DNA from: Balanoglossus misakiensis
Taxonomy: Eukaryota; Animalia; Hemichordata
Direction: 5' to 3'
Assembly: GCA_040954595.2 (NCBI GenBank)
Contig: CM082577.2
Span: 17,892,303-17,956,302, forward strand
DNA: 64,000 nt
A program made the translations under genes and the position numbers. The notes under the pieces are model-generated. The model saw only the letters and a list, made by a program, of their open reading frames with translations, was not told the origin of the DNA and searched no databases. How positions within the stretch are numbered: the first letter of the stretch is position 1; each line of letters begins with the position of its first letter. Of this stretch, positions 1 to 12,269 are shown in pieces.

Positions 1-396
1 GTCCGTCCTCAGCCCACCAAAAAATGCGAAAAATATTACAAAAATCTTCTTCTCAAAATCGACAGGGCCTAGGACCTTGAAATTTGGCACAGGGGATTTT
101 GGCCACATGGTCTACAAAAATCGCGAAAAGAATGTACATGCCCCCATTAACGTGCAAATTAGGTCAATTTGAAAATTTCGCTCGATTATAGCCACCAAGT
201 CACGTGACTAATTACAAATTCAAAGGGCAGGTGCACCAGTACTCATGGGCCCCAACCATCGTGCCAAATTTCAAGGTCCTAGGCCACGTCGATTTTGAGA
301 AAAACGGGAGCAAAAAAACGACTCAAGAAGAAAGAAGAAAAACTCCAGCAATAACAGAAGGGGACCAAGCGCCTGAGGGCGCTTGGTCCCCTAAAA
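1..396 (-). mobile_element. Helentron/HINE-type non-autonomous element, terminal fragment
   Basis: Ends in the hairpin ggggaccaagcgcc-tgag-ggcgcttggtcccc followed by taaaaa. The interior has the 'aaaatcttcttctc/aaatttggcac' motifs seen in the other HINE-like repeats of the window. Confidence 0.5.
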
Positions 397-531
397 ATGC
401 TTTTTGTGGATATGATATCGTGGAACGAATCAGTCCAGTCAGGGTATATACCTTACAGGAAAATTTCAATACAAAAACAATGATAACCTCATATCAGAAG
501 TAGACAAGGAAACAACAACCATAATACTTGC

Positions 532-693
532 CTAAATTTAGATCATCAAATGCAAGGACTTTTTGTAAAGTATTCTCTTCCACTGTAAGGAACTCTTCTT
601 GTTTCACTATGATTGGAAATTGAGACTTCAACAAATATGTGGTCTTGCTATATATCTGTGTTAAGTTGTGAAGATCAGAAAACATCCAGATAC
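532..693 (-). CDS. Kelch-like (BTB-BACK) protein, coding exon 2 (BACK domain)
   Basis: Acceptor ctgcag|G and phase-1 join to the previous exon give GIWMFSDLHNLTQIYSKTTYLLKSQFPIIVKQEEFLTVEENTLQKVLAFDDLNL, a typical BACK start. The donor is AG|GCAAGT (GC type). The gene continues beyond the left edge. Confidence 0.8.
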
Positions 694-1444
694 CTGCAGT
701 ACAGATATATAAAAAATTTGCCAGGGAATTAAACTGCTGATTGCAATTGTTATATTCAAAAGTGACAATTATATCAGTAACAGCTGGCCTCATACTAATC
801 AATATGTTAAAGGCCAACGATGGTCTTGTGCGCACTGTATAAGTAGACTTTTAGTTGTCCCTTTTTTCACCTAATTTGCTGTCTTTTCCCGATATCTGAC
901 ACAAACTATGGTTGCCACCATCTTGTCTGCTGTTCATAGGACAGCACACTGTCTTACGGCATTGTCTGTATATAATTATTTTAAACCAGTGTCTCTGGTT
1001 TGGCACATGCGATTGTCGCCCTTAAGAATTGCTGATCAATAAATAACTGTAGGACTGAACTCAGCATGCGCATATCTCTACAAATTCTACCAAGCTGATC
1101 AAAGATTACATTCGTCCTATGAAGTCTAAAAAGTTAGACGATACATAAATAAGCCACATTCACAGAAACAGTGTTCCACCCAGGACGGCATCAGCAGGGG
1201 GGAGGGGATATGTCCCCCATTGCCAGAATATCTATAAAGAAATTGGGGGGGGGGGGATTCCACAACGGTAAGGGGGGGATGTAATATCTCCAAACATGTT
1301 AATAGGGAATGACCCCCCCCCCCCCCCCCCCCCCCCCGTCTAGATGAATCACTGAATTAACTTACAGCTTTAAAGAGGAGAAAAAGTATTAGCTCACTGA
1401 CATAATTAATCCACCTTGCCCTCATTTGTCTTGATATTACTTAC

Positions 1445-1916
1445 CGAGGCAGTTGGAAACATCAATATACTGTTGCAGAGAATGACAACAAATGTCTTTA
1501 GCTTCCTCCATTTGTAACATACAAGCGGCATTCAGCAAATCTTGAATAACATCTTTGTTGACTGCTAAAATCCCTGTATACATGAATTCCACCAGCTTTT
1601 CTAAGGAGTTGAAGTCTATCTCTTTGATTTCAATTTCCTTCGTTCTACTTTCCACCATTCCAGCAGTAAACATTGCCCTGAAGTATTCACTATGAACAGC
1701 TAGGACATTTCTGTGAGCCTGTAGACTACAGTCGTCAACTTTAAGTGTCACATCACACAACAAGCCTTGTTTACGAAATTCATTCTGACCAAGGAGGGTC
1801 TTCTTGGCAATGTGATTTGTACCAACAAACCTTGTTCTGTCTTTGATGTCATTAACAGTACAAGTGTAATGTTGAAAACAAAATGTTTTGGGCTTTTGTT
1901 TCTTCTTTGTTGCCAT
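1445..1916 (-). CDS. Kelch-like (BTB-BACK) protein, coding exon 1 (BTB domain)
   Basis: Contains LCDVTLKV..AHRNVLAVHSEYFRAMFTAGMVES..LVEFMYTG..DLLNAACMLQM..DVSNCLG, the canonical KLHL-type BTB. Donor G|gtaagt at 1444. Acceptor tttattatag at 1978. Confidence 0.9.
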
Positions 1917-4045
1917 GCTATGTCTACTTGTATGCTGGTCCCTGTGTGACTGATCACTATGTCTGCTTCTCCATTATCTATAATAAAAAAAAATAAAGGA
2001 AAAATAATAGCTCACATTGAAAATCATACTAGTATGGTCGCATACAGTACACCCACAGGCTCAAAAAATTGCACAAAACCTGGCACAAAACCGTATTTTG
2101 GGGTTAACAGTTTTAAGTCATGATCATTTTCCAATACTGTTCACTTGATTACACAAAACAGACATGATATTTGTTAGCTTTTGGAAATTTAACCACCAAT
2201 TTGACCAAAACACATAATTGTTCCAGTCTTTATCCAACATGATTTTTATTATGATGTGTGTTATCTTGATTCTGCCTCAAAACAGTGTTGAGCTACAACA
2301 ATGCAGGATAGATTCTCTACTTCCACTGATTTCTAAAACTTCAAGGGATAAAGTCACTCTTTTGACCCTTTTAGTCAATTTTGTTTTAAGCCAAAAGAAG
2401 TTTTTCTTTTCAATTGCCGCTGTAAAACAGTCTTGCCAATTTTAAATGCTTTCATTACTTTTCTGAGTATTGTACAAAAAGCAGATGCTTATCAGGCTAG
2501 AGAAAACGACACTCACTATAAATACTGGAATGTATTTTGTGAATTCATTTAGACAAATGTACTTTGTTTTGTAACCTTATACAGGCTAAGTGACAATAAA
2601 GATGGAAAAAGTACAAAAAAAGTCTACGCTGTTTGACTTCTTGAAACATGCTTAACTACAGGTCAACTGTGAACAATTAACTCCACTTTGTCTGTAGACA
2701 TACCAGATTAAACATTCGATGAAGAATTGACAGGTATGTACATCTAAATCAAGCAAGTCCAGACAGAGGAGTGGAAAATGCCTGAATACACGCTGTTACA
2801 TAAGGTTTAGACCACATATGGGCCAATGAAATGAGAACTTGGTTTGACGTACAGTGTATGCTGTACCTGTATGTGTGTTAAAGGTGTGCGTCTGAAACCT
2901 TTGACATATTTATCACTTTATTGTTTGGCACTAGTAGATAATTGTAATGTTCTAAGACCCTGTAAATCACTAATGTTTTTATGATCCAATGTTCTTCCCA
3001 GAACAGTTGGAGTATCAAATACCGTTTGATTTGAGGAAAACAATACAAACTCACTTGTTATGCAAAGTAGTCTATACTGTATCTGACATTATGTATGTAT
3101 GTATGAATGTATGTACATGTATGTATGTAATGTATGTGTGTGCGTGTGTGTGTGAAAAGTAAGTATAACAGTCTGTGAAAGGAGTTAAATCATTGGGGGA
3201 AAATGGTGTGAGGTTGTGGTCTGACTGGTTTATGTGTGTGTATCTATGTAGGAAGTGAAAGTACCCTGTACACATGAGCTCAGTACTACATATAAAGGTA
3301 CATAATGTACATATCAAGTAACAATATATGTATATCTTGAAAAGTTGGGTGAAAAAAATCCCATGGCTTTGACATACATTTTGGTGGCACAGCGTAATTT
3401 TGTGGTTGTGTTGGTTTGTTTGTTTGCTTGTGTGTGTGGATAAAATCTACTAGCATTTTTGTAATTTGTATGTCAAGATTCATTAGGATGAACTTTTTTA
3501 TGCTCATGGAGACAGTCTTGGACAGAGATGCACTTATCTCCAGCATGGATATGTGTTTGCAACATTTTTGACCATTCCTTCATGTTCAGGCACCGGATCT
3601 TACGGATGATGTAATGGAAGGAGGGGAGTTTAATACAAGGGCCGATGGATGGTGGGCGTGTGATGATGGTTACTTGCTCGCATCTTAAAAATTGTCCTCG
3701 GTGCTCTCGATTTACCTAATGTTGCAAATTTGGATTGATCAGGTCAGGGCAACCAGTGGTACCCATCTGATTAACATCAGGTGTAGAGTACGGAGATATC
3801 TTTTACTTGCACAGCATTCTTTATGTTTTTGCCACATGCGCAAATTAAAGACATTGCCGTTCTCTACATTTGATTTTAACCCTTACACCACCATGGGTCA
3901 GTCCAAACACATTGTTTTATATGGTGAGTTTGGACCTCTAAAGAGGGAACTGGGGGTGAAAGGGTTAATCAAATTGCTTGTCCATGGACAACTGGTTACA
4001 CTGCTTTGCCTTGCAAAGCTAGGTTTGACGTCTGTTTTATGTTAA

Positions 4046-4274
4046 AGGGAAGGGGTCGTCGCGCCGCGTGGGTGTCCCCTTGATGAGAATATGTCCTCCC
4101 ATATTACCAGCACAAACTTCACTGCAATCGCCACGACCTACTAGGATCTTCAGTTGCTGTCATGCCCAATCTTTGCTACGGTTGGCTGCTTCGTTCATTC
4201 TAAGAATTATCTAATTTCAGGGATTTGTGGACACATTATAATGTTTATGTACGCAGGGCGACGACCCCTTCACT
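4046..4274. mobile_element. Kolobok-type MITE (copy 1)
   Basis: TIR ag(g/t)gaaggggtcgtcgc with ttaa/tcaa flanks. An inverted copy lies at 20985-21228. Confidence 0.75.
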
Positions 4275-4862
4275 TCAATAAAAACATAAAAAGTAAATTG
4301 CAATCACCACAATAAGTGTGAAAGTAAAGTTCACTAAACAAATTGACCTCAAACCCCCTCCCCCTAAACGAATTCATTTCATTTGTTGAACTTGTGTTAA
4401 CACTCTAAGACGGTCCAGACAGGGGAAAACCATTTTATTTCTAGGGGTGGATGGATGATTGAATTTTGGGAACAATATTGTTGGAAGATGGTGCAGCGGA
4501 AAAAAATGCTTCTGCAATGCCTTGTGGAAAAGGGTGGACTAGCAACCAAAAAAAAAAAAACATTTGCTGTAAGTAACAGCGGTCAAAAAAATTCCTGACA
4601 CAAATCCGCCATCACGCCCCCCCCCCCCCCCCCTGAAATCAAATAGTTATCTCCCCTAAAGACTGCAGTTAAGTTAGGGTATGTCGAGGCCGGGGCATCG
4701 ACCGGGGAAACGCGGGTACAGAGTCAATGGTGGTAGCTCCTCTTTCAAGAACTGGTCTAAAAGATCAGACACCCTCTTCTCTCAGAAATGATCTCTGGGT
4801 GCATCACTTTGGGTTAAGCGTAGCTCCCCGTTGCGACGGTTTGCGTGCCTATATGACATTAC

Positions 4863-4975
4863 CTGTGAGTGAGTGTTTCGTTTATCATCCGCCGATACCG
4901 TAGAGTGCGCCACCACTGTGTCAAAGGTGAAAGGTCAACTGTGCAAGCAAGCGCAAGCGCTCATATTCCAGAGAT
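4863..4975. promoter_or_regulatory. Probable compact bidirectional promoter (kelch-like gene / GGT) with putative kelch 5'UTR exon
   Basis: CpG-rich patch. Minus-strand donor cacag|gtaatg at 4863/4862 lies about 110 bp from the GGT ATG. It contains a DR1-like AGGTGA-A-AGGTCA (4925-4937) and an NRF1-like gcgcaagcgc (4951-4960). Confidence 0.55.
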
Positions 4976-5084
4976 ATGTCCAGGCATCCGTTTGTCCCAG
5001 GTTATTTTTCTCGTCGTTCTCCTGTAGTAACCCAGAATGGATGTGTAGCTTCTAGTCAGCCAATAGCAACAGCAGTTGGAGTCG
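4976..5084 (+). CDS. Gamma-glutamyltransferase / glutathione hydrolase (YwrD-like), exon 1
   Basis: MSRHPFVPGYFSRRSPVVTQNGCVASSQPIATAVGV matches the SRRS..VASSQP start of YwrD-type GGTs. Donor G|gtttgt. Confidence 0.88.
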
Positions 5085-5169
5085 GTTTGTACCATTTTAC
5101 TTCCTTGTTGCGGTTCCGTAGCCATGTAACACTGTGGCTGGGCAACTCCCCCACTAAGGGTAGGGTAGT

Positions 5170-5600
5170 AAGGGACCGTTCAGTTTTTACGGCCGGGGGG
5201 GGGGGGTGGCGGCAAAATCCAGGGGGGGGGGGGAGGGGGGTCACTTAAATTTTGAAATCCAAAAGGGGGGGGGGTCATCTGTTTTTTTTTTTAACGTTTA
5301 GGGGGGGGGGGGTCACATACTTTTGCTACCGAACTTTGCAGTTTCGCGCCCTTTATTTTACAACATTTTCTAACACACCCACCCCCTTCATTCTCCGCCA
5401 CATTTAGTTTTTTGCTGGTTTGTCTAGTGTACCAGGCCAGAGTGCTTGCCACCCAAACCCCACTGATGATAATATTTAACAAAGTAAATACGTACTGTAC
5501 ATAAAAGGAGAATAATCGTTTAAACCATTTCGCATAACTGATAGTTTTGTGCTGCATCTTCTATATACTAGAAGTTTTATAAATGATGATGTGGTAAAAA
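5170..5600. mobile_element. PIF/Harbinger-type MITE, one-ended copy in GGT intron 1
   Basis: Begins agggaccgttcagtttttacgg and is the reverse complement of the right half of the 34418-35324 element. Confidence 0.7.
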
Positions 5601-5661
5601 TTTATAAATTTAATGTAGCGTTCATTAATTTAAGGCTATGTTCTTTTTATAAAATATGCAG

Positions 5662-5815
5662 AAATATTACAGAAAGGTGGCAATGCAGCAGATGCTGCAG
5701 TAGCAGTGTGTGCAGCACTGAATGTGACAGAACCATGTAGTTGTGGTATAGGAGGTGATGCATTTTGTCTTTATTACAACAACGCTACAAAGACTGTGCA
5801 AGGCATCAATGGAAG
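5662..5815 (+). CDS. GGT (YwrD-like), exon 2
   Basis: [45 protein letters not shown] is the GGT signature. Boundaries cag| and |gtaagt. Confidence 0.95.
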
Positions 5816-6094
5816 GTAAGTGTCATGTGGACATGGTAACTAAATCATAAATGACCATTGAGATCTCAGAGATTGAAAGTTGTTTAGATTGAGAAAATGG
5901 AAAACAATTATCTGCCCACAAAAATGAATATGTTTACTGTAAAGAAACATTAACAAGTCTTACAGAAAAAGAGGCCAAAATATAAAAAAATGGACCAAAC
6001 CAAACTGAACCCCCAAAAAACCTACAGCTCAGCCAACAATGCCACCACATTATTGTTGGAACACCTTCAAAACATTTAGGTGTTGGGTGTACAT

Positions 6095-6195
6095 CAATCT
6101 GATTAAAAGCAGATGTAGGGAACAGCGACGTGTTTTTTTATGCAGCATAAAAAAAACCACGTCACCGTTCCCTACATCTGATTTTAATCTGATTG
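6095..6195. mobile_element. Mutator-like foldback MITE (copy 1 of 4)
   Basis: TIR caatctgattaaaa(t/g)cagatgtagggaac with 9-bp TSD ggtgtacat. Confidence 0.8.
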
Positions 6196-6326
6196 GGTGT
6201 ACATGTACTACCAGTAGGATAAATATGGGGTATACATATCAAGTAGTTATACCACACTTGCCTTGTGCCCATTAATCATTATTCAAACCATGCTTCTTTT
6301 TCCCCATAACAGATTGTCTTGTCATG

Positions 6327-6471
6327 CAGTGTTCTCCCCAGAGCAATTACAGAGCGGCGGCCGCCACTCTGTAATTTTTGGAAAACAATATAAACTCATT
6401 AACATGACAATTTTTCGTATTGTTATGTAAATTAGCCACCACTCTGTAAGAAATTGCTGGGGAGAACACTG
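6327..6471. mobile_element. hAT-like MITE
   Basis: TIR cagtgttctccccag...ctggggagaacactg. No clear TSD. Confidence 0.45.
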
Positions 6472-6802
6472 AAATAAACAAAAGAATGCAACGTGGTCAT
6501 GACAGTCATGACCACGTTGCATTCTTTTGTTTATTTCTTTGTCAGAAACAGTACGGTTTACTAGTAAACTGACATAATTATTTTTAGAAACTGTCGGTTT
6601 AATCATAGACCTCTAGGGTCTATGGTTTAATGTGTCCACATGGCCTCCAACATCTATAGAAAGTGTAGACCCTGTTGATATGTGCTAACAAGGATCAAGA
6701 ATTTGTCTCCTAATTTTAGGATTACCTTTGACCATCTATAATATCTCTGTGAACTTACTGGATTTATTTCCAATTTTGGGGAGACTTTTAACTCAGCTTC
6801 CA

Positions 6803-7488
6803 TTATAGATGAAGACTAATAGAATCTCACACTCCCAAGGACCTGTGATCATATTTCTCACATGAGTTGGGGATTTTTGTCCCACACTCGCCTGCGGCTC
6901 GTGTGGGACAAAAAATCCCCAACGAGTGTGAGAAATACGATCCCAGGTCCTTGGTGTGTGAGATTCTTTTTCTCGCACGACCAGAAATTTGCAATATTAA
7001 CGTTTATTTACAATAAAAGGACTAAATCTATAAAATACCAACTGATAACTGCATGACCAGTCATATATTGATCCGCCCCTCAAAACATAGTCCCCATTTC
7101 ATCACGAGTTTACAGTACACACATGCTATAAAAATGTGCTCAACACATTTAAATATGGAGATTGTTTCCAGTGGTATAAATTCAAGCGATATCTAGAAAA
7201 TACAACCGTGTTTTTTAGTCTGTCGCCAACCACGTACACCACTGTCGTCTGCACATGACCTGATCACATTGTAGTTCAGGTTTGTGTACAACACATCACA
7301 CAATTGGATAATATTTGTTCGTTCTGAGGGGTATGAATATCATTATCCAATTAGAGCTCGTGTCAGATAACAGTTGTCTGTGTGCGCATTAACACAGAGT
7401 GTGGGATCAATTTGATCCCACACTCTCTATCCCACACTCCCAGCGGCCAGGAGTGTGAGAAAGGATATTCACCGTCTAGTTTTTATAA
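6803..7488. mobile_element. Hairpin-ended (Crypton-like) non-autonomous element, family D
   Basis: Palindrome with arms of about 65 bp at 6821-6967 and loop ctcgcctgcggctcg. Subterminal IR tttctc(g/a)cac / gtgtgagaaa at the far end. No TSD. Confidence 0.6.
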
Positions 7489-7852
7489 AAATCTCTTCTT
7501 TTTATTTTCTTCACAGAGTTAACACAGTGATTAAGTAACCCATTTCAATATCAAATTTGAGGCATTTTCACTTTCACTCAAAATTTGCATGGTGACCCTC
7601 AATTTTTATTCCTGAAGTTTAAGAGAAAATGATCAAAAGTTCAATACGGTATTTCCTTAAGAAAAATGTATATGAGAAAAAGTTTTAAATTTTAATTTTC
7701 AGGATGCATACTACATTCACTGCAGCATTGTTTGGATTATGTGAAGTACACAAAAACACTTGTGTGTTTTGCCTATGCAGTCATAGTCACTGTTATTCCA
7801 GAAGAAGTGACATGCAGTTAACTGTATGTTTTGCCTTATTTATTACCCACAG

Positions 7853-8006
7853 TGGAAGATCCCCTGCCGCACAGACATTGGAATACCTAAATGGCCTTGG
7901 CTTTGATGAAAATAATCCTATACCTTCCCGACATGCTTTGAATGTAACAGTTCCTGGTGCAGCTGCATGTTGGGTAGACACAGTAGAGACTCTTGGAAGT
8001 GGAAAG
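7853..8006 (+). CDS. GGT (YwrD-like), exon 3
   Basis: (S)GRSPAAQTLEYL..HALNVTVPGAAACWVDTVETLGSGK. Boundaries cag| and AAG|gttggt. Confidence 0.93.
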
Positions 8007-8615
8007 GTTGGTAGTTTGTGACTTGTCCGATGTGAGAGGTTGTCCTGTCTGAAACAATCGCACAGTGCCATTAAGTATTACCGGTACCCGGTAGTCTACA
8101 ACCTAGCCTCCATGTTTTTTTCGCATTTGCTAAACTCGCAAGTTACGTCTAGCCTTTTGCTCTAACATTTAAAAAAAAGTCGATATATGGTTATTTGCAT
8201 GTCAAAGGACTCCACCCAAGGCAGTACATGTATGTAATTTGTATGCATGTAAGTACATACGTATATGTGTGTATGTGCTGGTATGTGCAATGCAAAACAA
8301 TGCTGTAAAGTTTGGTTATGTTGGTTCTTTGCAACTCGTTTCATATTTCTTAAGATGAAAGGGAATTGTCGGGTGGGGTTTATTTTGATTTATAACATTT
8401 GTCAAAAAATGCTTTACAGTTACTCAGAATTACTCTGTCTGACTGCTTTGAAATTTGCTTTGCAGTGTTCCTGAAGATGTTCTTATTGAAAAATGTCTAA
8501 AAATTGTGACAAAATTCAGAATTATTACTACATTGTGAGTCTATCAATAGCTCTGAAATGATCCCTAAACTGGTGTCTTTCCAACATGACATTGACAGTG
8601 ATTGATGTATTTCAG

Positions 8616-8822
8616 CTCACCATGATGGATCTATTGATGCCAGCAATTAATCTGGCTGAAAACGGTTTCCCAATACACTTGGATTGTGCAATATTTTGGA
8701 AAGCTCAAGAAGATTTACTGAGAGATCCAAGTAATCGATTTGGAAAAGACATGCTGCTAAACGATAATGCACCAAGAACTGGTGAAGTCATGTATCTTCC
8801 AATGTTGGCTCAAACATTCAGG
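8616..8822 (+). CDS. GGT (YwrD-like), exon 4
   Basis: LTMMDLLMPAINLAENGFPI..APRTGEVMYLPMLAQTFR. Boundaries ttcag| and |gtaagc. Confidence 0.93.
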
Positions 8823-9129
8823 GTAAGCCTCATTGTGTGGAATTGTAGTCAGCAAGAACAAAACTGATTGACTACTTTTTATTTGTACACATAATCCTTT
8901 TAGTGTTTTACATTGTAATATTGTATGCTGTGAAAAGCATTTAACACATAAACGCAAGCTATTTGCAAACATGTATGTAATTTAGTATACATACCGGTAG
9001 TAAGGACCCCTTAAAAAGGTATACTATGTGTTTCAAATAACAAAACAAACGATGATGGCTATCAATCTCTCTGTTCACGTTGTGTGAAAGTGGAAGAATT
9101 GATACCTTCGAACACATTTTGTATTTTAG

Positions 9130-9373
9130 GAACTTGGCCAAAATGGTAAGAAGGGCTTTTATGAAGGAAGAATTGCTCAGGCTATAGTAGATGTTATCAA
9201 AGAACATGGTGGTGCCATGGAAACGAGTGATCTCAAAGGTCATGTGTCAACATTTGATGTTCCCATCTTCACTGACTATAAGGGTGTACGTGTGTATCAA
9301 ATGCCACCAAATGGACAGGGTATTACTGCACTCATGGCTCTCAATATACTGGAAGGTATCCCTGGTCTTAAAG
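9130..9373 (+). CDS. GGT (YwrD-like), exon 5
   Basis: ELGQNGKKGFYEGRIAQAIVDVIKEHGGAM..DYKGVRVYQMPPNGQGITALMALNILEG. Boundaries tttag| and G|gttagt. Confidence 0.93.
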
Positions 9374-9869
9374 GTTAGTTTGTTAAAAATAAGTTTATAT
9401 GATAAACTGACAAAATACATTAGGTCTTTACTTTACTCTTGTGCCATAAACAACAATAATTTTATAGACTTAGATTAACACCATTCAAAAACAAATATGG
9501 ATAGTTTTATATTCTTAATATTCAGCTATAAATTTCTATCCAACTTTGCCCCATACAGATATCACACCAATCTCATCATTTTGTTCTCAATGTTTTCCTG
9601 TTAAAACATCTCCATGCTTTTTGCACCTTTCCTGAATACTTCAATCTGCTTGATCAAAGTGGCTGTTCAATGCTTATAAATTAACCCCTGATAAATGGTT
9701 GACCGACCCTATTCCTTGCAGTGTATTTCAAACTTAAAACTCTCACTACTGGTTTTACAAGCTGCTGCAGAGACTCTTGTGAAACAGATTTGACTTGCAT
9801 TATTTTCCAAGACAATAATCTGATCTTATGCCAGTGCTGCAGTACTCTCCATTCAAGTTGTATGTAGGG

Positions 9870-9962
9870 GCTGTCAACTCGCCTAACAGCTTGTGCTATA
9901 CGTCGCAAATTGTACCCAAATCTTGTGTATACCCACCTGCAACAGAGGGTATTACTTAAATA
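9870..9962 (-). mobile_element. Degenerate hairpin-end fragment of Crypton family A
   Basis: actcgcctaacagcttgtgctata..aattgtacccaaatc..tattacttaaat matches the family-A terminal hairpin. Confidence 0.6.
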
Positions 9963-10773
9963 TTAATAGACATGGCCCAAATCCACTGACTGTAGCCTGA
10001 TATAACATGTAAAGAAGAAATAAAGGTGAGAAACTTTGGAAGCCATGCACGGGCGGAAATGATTTTTTAACCGACAATTTCACCCTCAAAAACAACGACC
10101 GCAGCTCAATAACTAGGATCGATCGATGCTCCAAACATTAAACTTCATGACTACACACACCGATTACAAAAATCTTACTGTTTAAGTCAATATAATAAGA
10201 CATTTTTTCGGAGCCCTATGAGTTTATGAAGTTATTTAAAATTTCAAAAAATGGCTTTTTCCTTTCACAATTGTTTTTATTAGAGCTGAACATTTGCTTT
10301 AACAGGAAGGTATGGTACACTTTTCTAACTTTTTTTCTTTGGACACATTTCTTTGTCTGCAAAATATTGTCTATAGCCAAGAAATTTTGTGATGAAACAT
10401 AATGTTGTCACAAACCTCACAAGCTACCTTAGATTGTTCATCATAAAGATTCTTTACTCTGCCTGTATCAAACTACAATGGTGAATTTTCCTTGCTGGTA
10501 CAAGTCTAAAATAAGAAAATGTTCTTTCTGTGCATTCATTCATTCATTCATTCATTCATTCATTCATTCAATCATGCTTGCACGTGTACACGTCCAGTGC
10601 CAATACTCGTGCATGCCTGAGTCAATCTCTTGCAAAGGTCATACAAGAATGAGGTGCAAAGACTTAAACTGTAACATCATGCATGGCACAATTCTTTTAA
10701 CAGTGGTTTCCACTATGGCAGACTGCAACCATGCAACAACTGACATTATTGTTTTGTTTTGGATTTTCCCCAG

Positions 10774-10945
10774 AAATGGGTCACAACTCCACGGACTACT
10801 TACACTATCTGATAGAGTCACTCAGACTTAGTTTTGCGGATGCCACTTCCCTTGTAACTGATCCATCACAAGTCACAATTCCAGTGTCAGGAATGCTGTC
10901 CAAAGAGTATGCAGCCAAGAGACGAGCTCTTATCAATCCACAGAG
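10774..10945 (+). CDS. GGT (YwrD-like), exon 6
   Basis: EMGHNSTDYLHYLIESLRLSFADA..DP..LSKEYAAKRRALINPQ. Boundaries cag| and AG|gttagt. Confidence 0.93.
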
Positions 10946-11338
10946 GTTAGTCGGCTTGATCATGATTAGAGACACCATATCAAGTCCATATGCTTCACAA
11001 GACTGACACATACATGTACGTGAGATGTGCCAGATTTGACAATGACATTTTCACCATCCCTTGAGCAGGCAACACATCATTGATTAAGGTCTCAAATGTA
11101 GTTGACTACCCAGATTGTTGTTTTCTTGACATTTTCACAAAAGGTGCCAAAATATGTGCAATATTAGTAAATGAAACTTTGCTTGTTTTTGGATTGAGCT
11201 GTTCAGATGTTTTCAGCATAGGAAAACTGACAAAGTAGGATGGGAACAACTTCTTTTCTTTTTATCAGTAAAATGAGAGTCTTTTCAATTCAGAGTAGAC
11301 TCCCACTTTAATTTGCACATCTTTTTTCTTACTTTCAG

Positions 11339-11492
11339 TGCCATTAAAGTGACAAATGGTAATCCACCCAGCAGTGATACAGTATATTTCACTGTTGTAG
11401 ATAATGATGGCAATGCCTGCTCTTTCATCTGCAGTAATTATCAAGGCTTTGGAACTGCTCTTGTGCCAGAGTGTTGTGGTTTTACTTTACAG
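11339..11492 (+). CDS. GGT (YwrD-like), exon 7 (autoprocessing/catalytic Thr)
   Basis: [42 protein letters not shown]. The T of TVYF is the N-terminal nucleophile of the small subunit. Confidence 0.95.
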
Positions 11493-12101
11493 GTAAAGTG
11501 CTAATATAATAGTAGCATTGACACAAACTAAGAGCAATGGTGGTAAAGAGCTAACTGCTTGCAATTACTACTGTGTGTTTGTTTGTTTTTTACTTTCTTT
11601 GTCTCTTTTCTTTATGGGCTATGCACCTGAAATAAAGATTATTATTACACATGTATTATTAAACACACATAAACAGCACTTTGAAAAATGTTTAAGAATT
11701 TTTAATGAAGAACCTATGCGAATGTCACAATCTACTTAAAAAGAGATCCTGTATATCCCAGCAAAAAGTTAATGATCTGGAGATCTTGTTGTGTGATACT
11801 TGGCCCAAATACACCAATACAACCAGGCCATAATTGTATTTCTATACACATTTCTTCTTTAAAATCAATGCACACTTGCAGTCCGAAACCTTAACCTGGC
11901 ACTAACTTGTCCTGGCTAGAATGTATGTAGGAACTCGCCAAACAGAGTTCTGGTCAGAATGTACAGGAACAGAGTTCCAGTGCCAATACATCTTAGGTTT
12001 ACATAATGTGGTTCATACAGAACAAAGTTCAGTATTCACATCAATAATGGCCTTCAGTTTGATTTAATTGACTTCAAAATGGTTTATCATTTTCATTGAA
12101 G

Positions 12102-12269
12102 AACCGTGGTGCCAATTTTACACTGGAACGGGATCATCCTAACGTAGTTGCTCCAAACAAGAGACCATATCATACAATAATCCCTGCCATAGCAACCTCA
12201 GCAACAGGAGAATTGCTAGCATCGTTTGGTGTTATGGGCGGATTCATGCAACCACAAGGACATGTTCAG
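12102..12269 (+). CDS. GGT (YwrD-like), exon 8
   Basis: [44 protein letters not shown]. Donor |gtaaga. Confidence 0.95.
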
